A DNA stretch of 64,000 nucleotides from Nitrospirota bacterium (lineage in GTDB: Bacteria > Nitrospirota > Thermodesulfovibrionia > Thermodesulfovibrionales > BMS3Bbin05). Of this stretch, positions 39,660 through 47,447 are shown one piece after another. Numbering within the stretch: position 1 is the stretch's first letter; every line of letters begins with the position of its first letter. The stretch is taken from contig CP070669.1 in assembly GCA_020351835.1 (NCBI GenBank), positions 1,286,378 through 1,350,377 of the forward strand. The letters are read 5' to 3'. The notes beneath the pieces were generated by a model that saw only the letters and a list, made by a program, of their open reading frames with translations, was not told the DNA's origin and made no database searches. A program made the translations under genes and the position numbers.

Positions 39660-40619
39660 ATGAAAAAGCTTTTGATAATCCTAATCGCATTATTTGCGAT
39701 CCTGCCTCTGTCGGTAGCATATGCAGAGAAATATGGTGTGTACGTTAAGGCGGTGGAGAAGGTCGAAGGCTCCTTCGAAGACACTATCAGCAGTGTAGAG
39801 GGGGCACTGAAGAAGAACGGGTGGGAGGTACTTGCATCTAACGGGAACTCCGTCCCGGAGGCTTGCGATCTCAGGGCACATACCATCGTTATAAAGTCTG
39901 ATGAGTATACGGAGGCCGTTATGGGCCACGGTCCGCTTTCATCTTTCGCGGTCCCGCTCAGAGTAGGGATCTACGAGGATGAGACAGGTCTTAACATAGC
40001 ATTTACCAACCCGGCATCCCTGAACAGGACGATACTCGGTGATAAGGTAGAAGCAGAGCTGTCAGTTAACACCATGAACAGCCTCTCCGACATACTTGCC
40101 GGAGCGGTCAAAGGAACCGCGGTTAAGGAACAGATAGGGCAGCTCAGGAAGAAAGGAAAGGTCGGCGGCATGGGAGGAGGAGACTTCAAGAACATGATGG
40201 TCGAGTTCTTCTCCGGTGAAGGAAAGACAGTCGCCGGGATCACAGAAAAGGTCAAAGAAGGTATTGAAGCGAACGAGAAGGGCTGGAAACTGGTGTATGA
40301 AATGGCTCTCGACAGCGGCAATATAATGGTACTCGGTGTTAACGAGGCAGAAATGGAAGCCCGCGCATACAGGATAGCAGGAGAAAAGAGAGAGTCTAAA
40401 GACAACAGCTGTCCAGGCATAGACCACGGCCCTGCTTTTCCGATAGAAGTAATGGTCTATGAGACCGATGAGGCTGTGAAGATAATTACCCTGGATGGCA
40501 TGTACAGGATGAAGGTATACTTTGAAGATGCAGGAATGTGGGCGTTCATGAAGAACATGGCGATGCCTGCCGGTATAATATCCGAGATAGAGGAGATGAG
40601 CATATCCAAGCTGAAGTAG
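39660..40619 (+). CDS. Secreted DUF302-like protein with a large insertion
   Basis: Signal peptide MKKLLIILIALFAILPLSVAYA. The N-terminal SFEDTISSVEGALKKNGWEVLA...PLRVGIYED and the C-terminal PIEVMVYETDE are reminiscent of DUF302. Confidence 0.45.
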   Translation: MKKLLIILIALFAILPLSVAYAEKYGVYVKAVEKVEGSFEDTISSVEGALKKNGWEVLASNGNSVPEACDLRAHTIVIKSDEYTEAVMGHGPLSSFAVPLRVGIYEDETGLNIAFTNPASLNRTILGDKVEAELSVNTMNSLSDILAGAVKGTAVKEQIGQLRKKGKVGGMGGGDFKNMMVEFFSGEGKTVAGITEKVKEGIEANEKGWKLVYEMALDSGNIMVLGVNEAEMEARAYRIAGEKRESKDNSCPGIDHGPAFPIEVMVYETDEAVKIITLDGMYRMKVYFEDAGMWAFMKNMAMPAGIISEIEEMSISKLK

Positions 40620-40650
40620 AACCTTACATGCAAGAACAGTCATTACAAAA

Positions 40651-40680
40651 GGCCGGGAGCACTCTCCGGCCTTTTTTTTA
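40651..40680 (+). terminator. Rho-independent terminator
   Basis: GGCCGG...CCGGCC stem followed by a run of 8 T. Confidence 0.75.
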
Positions 40681-40729
40681 TCGCCGGTCCACAATTAACC
40701 ATTAATATGCTTAAATAGTTCTTAGGAAG

Positions 40730-41272
40730 ATGGATGATATATCCCTTCATATAATGGACATTATCGAGAACTCCACCCGTGCGGAAGCATCAAGCATATT
40801 GCTCAACATTGTTGTCAATAAGAAAACTAACATGTTGTCCATTGACATAAAAGATAACGGAAGGGGAATGGACAATGAAGAGGTTATCCAGGCTCAGGAC
40901 CCTTTTTATACAACTAAGACCAAGAAGAAGTTCGGGCTTGGCATATCACTTTTGAAGCAGGCATCAGAAGAAGCGGCAGGCACTTTCGCTCTGATCTCCG
41001 ACAAGGGTTCCGGAACGCACATATCCGCAACATTCCAGTACGATCATATAGACAGAAAACCTCTGGGTGACATCGCAAAAACGTTCTATATACTTATAGC
41101 ATCATATCCCGAAGTAGATCTGCTTCTTAGCTATAAGATAGATAACAGGTCTTTCGATATCGATACGGCTGAGCTCAGGAAAGAGCTTGAGGATATTCCA
41201 ATTACGGCACCCAATGTGTTAAAAACCCTAAAGAACCATATAGCCGGCGGTGTCATGACGGTAGAAAGGTAG
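40730..41272 (+). CDS. Stand-alone histidine-kinase-like ATPase (HATPase_c, no H-box)
   Basis: 180 aa. N-box IIENSTRAEA, G1 DNGRGM, FYTTK, G2 GLGISL. Confidence 0.65.
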   Translation: MDDISLHIMDIIENSTRAEASSILLNIVVNKKTNMLSIDIKDNGRGMDNEEVIQAQDPFYTTKTKKKFGLGISLLKQASEEAAGTFALISDKGSGTHISATFQYDHIDRKPLGDIAKTFYILIASYPEVDLLLSYKIDNRSFDIDTAELRKELEDIPITAPNVLKTLKNHIAGGVMTVER

Positions 41273-41282
41273 GTGCTAAGAT

Positions 41283-41663
41283 ATGGCGGACAACAGGATA
41301 CTCGTAATAGACGATGAGGCCATTGTACGCGTAAGCTGCCAGAGGGTCCTGACCCCGGAGGGTTTCGATGTCATTGTTGTACCTTCGGGAAGGGAGGCCA
41401 TAGACAGGCTGGAGAAAGAGAAGTTCGACCTTGTGCTGACCGACCTGAAGATGCCGGATATGGACGGGCTAGAGGTCCTTAAGACCATCAAGTCGAGGTG
41501 GCCGGAGCTCATTGTTATAATCATAACCGGATACGGTACTATCTCAACCGCCGTTCAGGCTATTAAACTGGGCGCGTTCGAATATATCGAAAAGCCTTTC
41601 ACACCCGAGGATATACTTAATATCGTAAAGAAGGCAATCGCTTCTGCTGCAAATGATGCCTGA
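41283..41663 (+). CDS. Single-domain response regulator (REC only)
   Basis: 126 aa: ILVIDDEA, TDLKMPDMDG, IIITGYG, YIEKPF. Confidence 0.9.
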   Translation: MADNRILVIDDEAIVRVSCQRVLTPEGFDVIVVPSGREAIDRLEKEKFDLVLTDLKMPDMDGLEVLKTIKSRWPELIVIIITGYGTISTAVQAIKLGAFEYIEKPFTPEDILNIVKKAIASAANDA

Positions 41664-42837
41664 TCCTCTAAAGTCATCATCCGGACGCCTGTTGATCATA
41701 ATTATCGTTATCGTCCTGTACCTTATCGCGAACGCAGGCCTGTCACCTTCGAACCGGAAAACATTATCGAATGCCGGCCCTGCCCCTGTATCCGAGGTCC
41801 CGTCCGCGGAACCCAAGCCCATGTTCCGGGCATCCTTCATTAATGAACATATACCCGGCACTATATCCCACGTATCATCTATAGCTCCCGCAGGCAAGGA
41901 TAAAATGATAGCCGCATGGTATTCGGGTTCACGCGAAGGCGCAAGGGATGTTGCTATATATCACTCCTTCTATGATCTCATTACAAAAGAATGGTCATCT
42001 CCAGAGGTGCTTATCAACAGGGAGCAGGCCTCTGCCGAACTTGGAAGGTACGTAAAGAAACTTGGCAATCCCGTTGTTATCTCGGGGCCGAAAGGCAGGT
42101 TATGGCTGTTCTACTCGTCGGTAACATTAGGAGGATGGTCAGGCTCAACGATAAATTACAAGATATCAAAAGATCAGGGCAAGACCTGGTCAAAGAGCAG
42201 AAAACTCATACTCAGCCCGTTCCTCAACCTCACCAATAACGTAAAGAACGGTCATATCAGCCTTTCCGAGAGTTCATTTATACTCCCTGTATACCACGAG
42301 TTCATTCACAAATACTCCCAGGTCCTGCTAGTCAGCAACATCGATGAAGAGCCTTATTATGAGATATCCAGGATGACCCGCTCTATGAAGGCCATTCAGC
42401 CTTCTATACTGAAAGGTAGCGGGGAAAGACTTAAAGCGTTCTTCAGGAACATGGGTACGGGCCCCGATAGACCAATATTAAGGTCAGACAGTGATGCCCT
42501 CGGTCTTCGATGGTCCGACATATCGGCTACCTCGCTGCCAAACCCTAACTCCGGGTTCAGCATGACGGTCTCGGCTAACGGTTCCTTTGTCGGGATCATA
42601 AATTATTCTTCTCAAGACAGAAGTGATCTTTCAATTGTGATCTCCCGTGATGAAGGAGATAACTGGAAGAGGATAGCCATCCTTGAGAACAGTAAAGGCC
42701 AAGAGTACTCTTATCCTTTCATCGTTAAGGACCGTAACGGCCTTTACCACGTGACATATACCTATGAAAGAAAGAAGATCAGGCATGTGGTCTTCAATGA
42801 GAAATGGCTGATGGCCAAAGCAGGAGGCATTGATTAA
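41653..42837 (+). CDS. Membrane-anchored BNR/sialidase-like beta-propeller protein
   Basis: 394 aa with an N-terminal TM segment and BNR (SxDxGxTW-type) motifs SKDQGKTWS and SRDEGDNWK. Overlaps the REC gene by 11 nt. Confidence 0.65.
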   Translation: MMPDPLKSSSGRLLIIIIVIVLYLIANAGLSPSNRKTLSNAGPAPVSEVPSAEPKPMFRASFINEHIPGTISHVSSIAPAGKDKMIAAWYSGSREGARDVAIYHSFYDLITKEWSSPEVLINREQASAELGRYVKKLGNPVVISGPKGRLWLFYSSVTLGGWSGSTINYKISKDQGKTWSKSRKLILSPFLNLTNNVKNGHISLSESSFILPVYHEFIHKYSQVLLVSNIDEEPYYEISRMTRSMKAIQPSILKGSGERLKAFFRNMGTGPDRPILRSDSDALGLRWSDISATSLPNPNSGFSMTVSANGSFVGIINYSSQDRSDLSIVISRDEGDNWKRIAILENSKGQEYSYPFIVKDRNGLYHVTYTYERKKIRHVVFNEKWLMAKAGGID

Positions 42838-43441
42838 AGAGCTATTTGTATATATTGCACCGGTCCTGATAACGGCACTATGTCTGGATCTGGCGATATC
42901 CAGAACATCTATACGGGAACATGGCCGTTATATCAGATGCGCCGCAATGCTAATAGCCTCTATGGTAATTTCCCTGGTACCTGTTGGGGGGTTATCATTG
43001 TCACAATTGATACTATCTTTCAATCCGGTGTTCTCCATCGGCAGTATATCACTTCTCATGGCAATCCTTGCAGGAAGAGTAACGGGCAGGAGACTATTAG
43101 AAGATAAGGACCTTCTGCTCCTGTCGACATGGAACATCTGCTTAGCCCTGTTCCTTTATCTGTCCTATCTTAATTTTATTGATATCGATCTTTACTATAT
43201 GGGATACGGGTCCGCAATACCTGTAACCCTTACCTCACTGTTCACGGTCGTGCTCATCATTTTCAGAAGCCCTGTGTCATGGATATTCATCTCTTGTATA
43301 GCTGCATATGATCTCAGGCTCCTACCTTCCGGGAACTTTTTCGACTATATTGTGGATGTACCTCTGTTCGCGGCTTCTCTGGTAATAGTCTCAGTGTATA
43401 TTGTAAAATCATTAAATCCAAAACAGGCGATCCCGCAATAA
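42830..43441 (+). CDS. Polytopic membrane protein, unknown function
   Basis: 203 aa with about 6 hydrophobic segments. Overlaps the BNR gene by 8 nt. Confidence 0.55.
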   Translation: MIKELFVYIAPVLITALCLDLAISRTSIREHGRYIRCAAMLIASMVISLVPVGGLSLSQLILSFNPVFSIGSISLLMAILAGRVTGRRLLEDKDLLLLSTWNICLALFLYLSYLNFIDIDLYYMGYGSAIPVTLTSLFTVVLIIFRSPVSWIFISCIAAYDLRLLPSGNFFDYIVDVPLFAASLVIVSVYIVKSLNPKQAIPQ

Positions 43442-43477
43442 CAGTGATCCCTCATCCGGGCAGAGTGAAACATATCT

Positions 43478-45106
43478 ATGACAGACCTTAAAAAGAATGA
43501 CCTGAAGGACAGGATATTGATCTTCCTGTCGCTCAGTTTTATCGTGCTTTATTTCTTCAAGCTGGGCTTCCCGAGCATCTGGCACCCAAATGAGGGTTTC
43601 TACGCTGAGGTACCGCGTGAGATGATAGAGAGCGGGGACCTTTTGACGCCTTATTTCAATTATGAGTTCCGTTTCCAGAAGCCACCTCTTCTGTACTGGC
43701 TGATACTTCCATGGCAGCTGTTGCTCGGACAGAGCGAGATAGCGGTCAGGCTTCCGTCTGCCTTGATGGCCGCCGGAGGTGTGTTCCTTACGTTCTGGCT
43801 GGCAAGTACCGTATGGAATGATAAAAGGGCAGGCCTGATATCCGCGGCTATCATCGGCTCGGCATTCGATTACAATACTGCGGCACGCTATGGTTCACCC
43901 GAAATGCTCCTTACGGTCCTCATGACCGCAAGCCTTGTAGTGTTCTACAAGTGGCATATGGATAACGGAAAGCACAAGAAGTACTGGCTCCTCTTGTTCT
44001 ATGCCATCTGCGGCCTGTCCACCCTTGCCAAGGGCCCGATAGGAATAATACTGCCCTTCCTGGTGATAGTACCCTACTTTCTTTTAAAAAAGGATATTAA
44101 AGAACTCCTGAAGGTTTTCTCTGTTGGTGGTGCAGCCATATATCTGCTTGTATCTGTACCTTGGTATCTCTTAATGGTCCAGAAACACGGCGCTGATTTC
44201 TATAACGTCGTCCTCGGAGAGAATGTCGGAAGGTTCGTTTCGAAAAAGAGCGGCACTTCCAACTACCTGTTCTACTTCGGGGTCCTGCCCTGGAACTTCT
44301 TCCCGGGCTCGGTATTTATAGTTCCGGCCTTCATATGGTTGAGAAATATTGTGAAGCGCGATACCGCTGTTCTCTACCCTGTCGTATGGTTTGCATCAGT
44401 TTTTATCTTCTTTAGTTTTTCAAGGTCAAAACTTCCGACCTACATATACCCTCTGTTCTCTCCTCTTGAAGTAATAACAGGGGGATGGATAAGCTCGGCC
44501 CTGCGAGATAACGGCAGACAGGGTGCGGTACTATCCTGGGTTTCTCCTCTTATCCCGGTAACTGTTATTGCGGGTGTAATCTGGATAAGAAGCTACCTTC
44601 CCGGTATAAGCTCAGTGTATATAGGGATACTCATCTTTCTGCTATCATGGAGCATCTGGACCGTCAAGGAAAAGGACAGGTTCGGCTCATTTGCTGTCAG
44701 TATGTTCGCGATGACTGTGTTCATAGTAATATTCCTTCAGAGCATTATCCCTCAGATAGAGAACAGTGCCAGGCATTATAAAGAGATAGCGGCAAAAGTG
44801 GCCGGCGAAGACCCGAAGAAGGAGCTACCCTTCTACGGCTATAAGATATTCAAAGAGAACCTTCCTTTCTACCTGGAAAGGAAGATGAGATCGCTTTCGC
44901 TGGATGAGGATAAGATGAACAGGTTCTTTTCTGATAATGACGCATTGGTAATGATGAGGAGCGATCTGTACAGAGAGAAGTTCAGTGAAAGTGCAAAGAA
45001 GGTCATCTGGGAGGGACCCTTTTATCACAAGTCCGAGTCCAGGTTCATGCGTTATCTGATAGATATCAAGAACGACAGGATCGAGGACTTCGTCATAATA
45101 AGGTAA
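43478..45106 (+). CDS. Glycosyltransferase family 39 (ArnT/PMT_2-like, undecaprenyl-phosphate-sugar dependent)
   Basis: 542 aa polytopic protein (EGFYAEVPREMIESGD...FQKPPLLYWL, LAKGPIG). Confidence 0.8.
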   Translation: MTDLKKNDLKDRILIFLSLSFIVLYFFKLGFPSIWHPNEGFYAEVPREMIESGDLLTPYFNYEFRFQKPPLLYWLILPWQLLLGQSEIAVRLPSALMAAGGVFLTFWLASTVWNDKRAGLISAAIIGSAFDYNTAARYGSPEMLLTVLMTASLVVFYKWHMDNGKHKKYWLLLFYAICGLSTLAKGPIGIILPFLVIVPYFLLKKDIKELLKVFSVGGAAIYLLVSVPWYLLMVQKHGADFYNVVLGENVGRFVSKKSGTSNYLFYFGVLPWNFFPGSVFIVPAFIWLRNIVKRDTAVLYPVVWFASVFIFFSFSRSKLPTYIYPLFSPLEVITGGWISSALRDNGRQGAVLSWVSPLIPVTVIAGVIWIRSYLPGISSVYIGILIFLLSWSIWTVKEKDRFGSFAVSMFAMTVFIVIFLQSIIPQIENSARHYKEIAAKVAGEDPKKELPFYGYKIFKENLPFYLERKMRSLSLDEDKMNRFFSDNDALVMMRSDLYREKFSESAKKVIWEGPFYHKSESRFMRYLIDIKNDRIEDFVIIR

Positions 45107-45287
45107 TAGCGGCATGCCGCAATTTGAGTGTATATTATAAAATCCTATTGTTTTCAAAGCCTTACAGGACAGGAGATCAGGGGGAGTATATTTTCTTTAT
45201 ACTTGTCATTAATTTCGCAAATTTATGCTGGAAATTAAATCTTTTAAAAACAGGGCTTTATACATCCTGCTAAACCATGCCTTGACC

Positions 45288-45303
45288 TGGCATGCGCTTT
45301 GCT
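45288..45303 (+). promoter_or_regulatory. Sigma-54 (-24/-12) promoter
   Basis: TGGCATGCGCTTTGCT versus the consensus TGGCACG-N4-TTGCW. The GG-N10-GC spacing is exact, with a single mismatch. It lies 32 nt upstream of the ATG at 45335. Confidence 0.75.
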
Positions 45304-45334
45304 CTTAATATCTTAACTGGAAAGGAGGTTACCT

Positions 45335-46105
45335 ATGTCTAAAGAGAAGTCACGAATATTGGTTCTAGATGATGATCCGGTCGTTACACTGAGCTGCAAG
45401 CGTATCCTTGGTGCAGAAGGTTATGACATCACGACGGTCGATAAAGGTGAGGATGCTCTCAATAAGCTTTCCAAGGAGGAGTATGACCTCCTGATATCTG
45501 ACATTCGTCTGCCCGATATCAATGGAATCACGGTCCTAAAAGAGTCCAAGGTTATCCAGCCTAGCACTGATGTAGTAATAATTACCGGATACCCCACCCT
45601 TGAGGACGCTAAGGAATCGATAAGGCTTGGTGCGTTCGAATATATCGAGAAGCCCTTCACGCCCGATTTCATGATGAACGTCGCAAAGAAGATATTTGAT
45701 AAGAGAGGCTGGATACTTAGGCAGGCCTATATAGAGGAGTTCAAGGATTCGGTAGTCCCCCTTAGGGACCAGAAGAACCCGGTCATATTTTATAAAGAAG
45801 GTATATGGGCCCGCCCGGTGAAGAACGGAGTATGGGAGATGGGCTGTGATATAAGAGATGATATGGTAAGCGGTGAGATGCTTTACGTTGATTACATTAG
45901 AGACCTTGACGTGGTCAAAGCGGGAGAGCCTTTCGCTCGGCTCCTTACAGGATCGGGAAAGATCAGGGAGCTTAACTCTCCGATGACAGCTGAGATCAAG
46001 GAATTGAACCCGAAGGCAAATGATGTCATCATCTCATTGCAGAACGAACATGCATCTGAAGGCTGGCTGGTTTGGCTGGCACGGGTATTCCCACTGGAAT
46101 TATAG
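45335..46105 (+). CDS. Response-regulator receiver fused to a GcvH-like (lipoyl/biotinyl-type) domain
   Basis: REC: ILVLDDDP, SDIRLPDING, IITGYP, YIEKPF. The C-terminal part aligns by eye with glycine-cleavage H (FYKEGIWAR/YSKEHEWLR; GEMLYVDYI...VKAGEPFARLLTGSGKIRELNSPMTAEIKELN; EGWLVWL). Confidence 0.7.
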   Translation: MSKEKSRILVLDDDPVVTLSCKRILGAEGYDITTVDKGEDALNKLSKEEYDLLISDIRLPDINGITVLKESKVIQPSTDVVIITGYPTLEDAKESIRLGAFEYIEKPFTPDFMMNVAKKIFDKRGWILRQAYIEEFKDSVVPLRDQKNPVIFYKEGIWARPVKNGVWEMGCDIRDDMVSGEMLYVDYIRDLDVVKAGEPFARLLTGSGKIRELNSPMTAEIKELNPKANDVIISLQNEHASEGWLVWLARVFPLEL

Positions 46106-46150
46106 CTATAAAACTTTGAAAATTAATGATCAATATAAAGGAGGATAAGA

Positions 46151-47014
46151 ATGGCAGGCAACATACTTGTAGTGGATGATGAGCCTGTAGTCATAGTGAG
46201 TTGCGAGAGGATACTGACCCCTGAAGGATATTCCGTAAAGGGTGCTTCTTCCGTTGATGAGGCGATCGGCCATCTTCAGAACGGTGATTACGATCTTGTT
46301 ATCACGGACCTGAAGATGCCTAACAAAGGCGGGCTGGACCTCATCAAGTGGTTAAGGGATAACAACAGTAAGGCCGGCATAGTTGTGATCACCGGATATC
46401 CGTCACAGGAGACGATAAAGGATGCTCTACACATGGGCATCGTAGATTACCTTCCGAAACCTTTCTCGCCGGCACTCCTTATAGACGTAACCGCAAAGGC
46501 AATATCGTTCGTAAAGTCGAAAGGGATCGAAGAGGTCACTTCTGAGGAGCAGGAGATAACTGCCAAAGCCGAGGAGATAAAGAACGTTATCGTATCGAAC
46601 AAGGACAGGCCGGGAGGTCTTATTCCCGTGCTGCAGCAGGTCCAGGAGATACTTGGCTATCTTCCGCCGGCAGTTCTGAAACTTATAGCGCGCGGCCTTA
46701 ACTTACCCGTAAGCGAAGTTCATGGCGTAGTGTCGTTCTATTCTTTCTTCACTATGAAACCAAAGGGCAAGCACAATGTCCGTGTATGCATGGGTACTGC
46801 ATGCTACGTGAAGAGAGCTACCGAGATACTCGATAAGCTGAAAGATATCCTCGGCATAGAAGAGGAGGAAGTAACTGAGGACAAGCAGTTCTCACTTGAA
46901 ACGGTAAGGTGCCTGGGTGCCTGCGGTCTTGCACCGGTCGTGGTGGTCGATCATGATACTCATGGCTCGGTCGATCCGGTCAAAGTGTCTGGCCTGCTTG
47001 AGGAGTACAACTAA
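46151..47014 (+). CDS. Response-regulator receiver fused to a NuoE/HndA-type [2Fe-2S] subunit
   Basis: REC: ILVVDDEP, TDLKMPNKGG, VVITGYP, YLPKPF. A linker is followed by a NuoE fold: LIPVLQQVQEILGYLP, VSFYSFF, VRVCMGTACYV, RCLGACGLAPVVVVD. Confidence 0.85.
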   Translation: MAGNILVVDDEPVVIVSCERILTPEGYSVKGASSVDEAIGHLQNGDYDLVITDLKMPNKGGLDLIKWLRDNNSKAGIVVITGYPSQETIKDALHMGIVDYLPKPFSPALLIDVTAKAISFVKSKGIEEVTSEEQEITAKAEEIKNVIVSNKDRPGGLIPVLQQVQEILGYLPPAVLKLIARGLNLPVSEVHGVVSFYSFFTMKPKGKHNVRVCMGTACYVKRATEILDKLKDILGIEEEEVTEDKQFSLETVRCLGACGLAPVVVVDHDTHGSVDPVKVSGLLEEYN

Positions 47015-47026
47015 AAGGAGGATCTC

Positions 47027-47410
47027 ATGGCAAAACTGACAATAGATGAACTCAAAAAGCTGAAGGAACAATATAAGGACAAGACCCACCTGCGTGAGGG
47101 AGGGTCTACGGCAAAGGTAACGGTCCACATGGGAACATGCGGCCTGGCTGCTGGTTCGAGGGAGATAATGGATGCTCTCCTTGATGAGATCCAGAAGGCC
47201 AATGCATCGGAGGTTATGGTCACTACATCAGGATGTGCCGGTCTCTGCAGCAGGGAACCTATGGTCACTGTTGAAATGCTGGATGAGTCCCCTGTTAAGT
47301 ACGTAGACCTGACGGACGAGAAAATAAGAAAGATCTTTAAGGAACATATACGTGGTGGCAAGGTTGTGGAGGAATACGCTCTGGTAAGAGGATGCGAGAC
47401 ATCCTACTGA
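47027..47410 (+). CDS. HndB-type thioredoxin-like [2Fe-2S] ferredoxin
   Basis: 127 aa: VHMGTCGLAAGS...TSGCAGLCSREPMVTV. Confidence 0.75.
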   Translation: MAKLTIDELKKLKEQYKDKTHLREGGSTAKVTVHMGTCGLAAGSREIMDALLDEIQKANASEVMVTTSGCAGLCSREPMVTVEMLDESPVKYVDLTDEKIRKIFKEHIRGGKVVEEYALVRGCETSY

Positions 47411-47447
47411 TCAAAATGATAAATACCCATTGCTGGGAGGAGAATAA

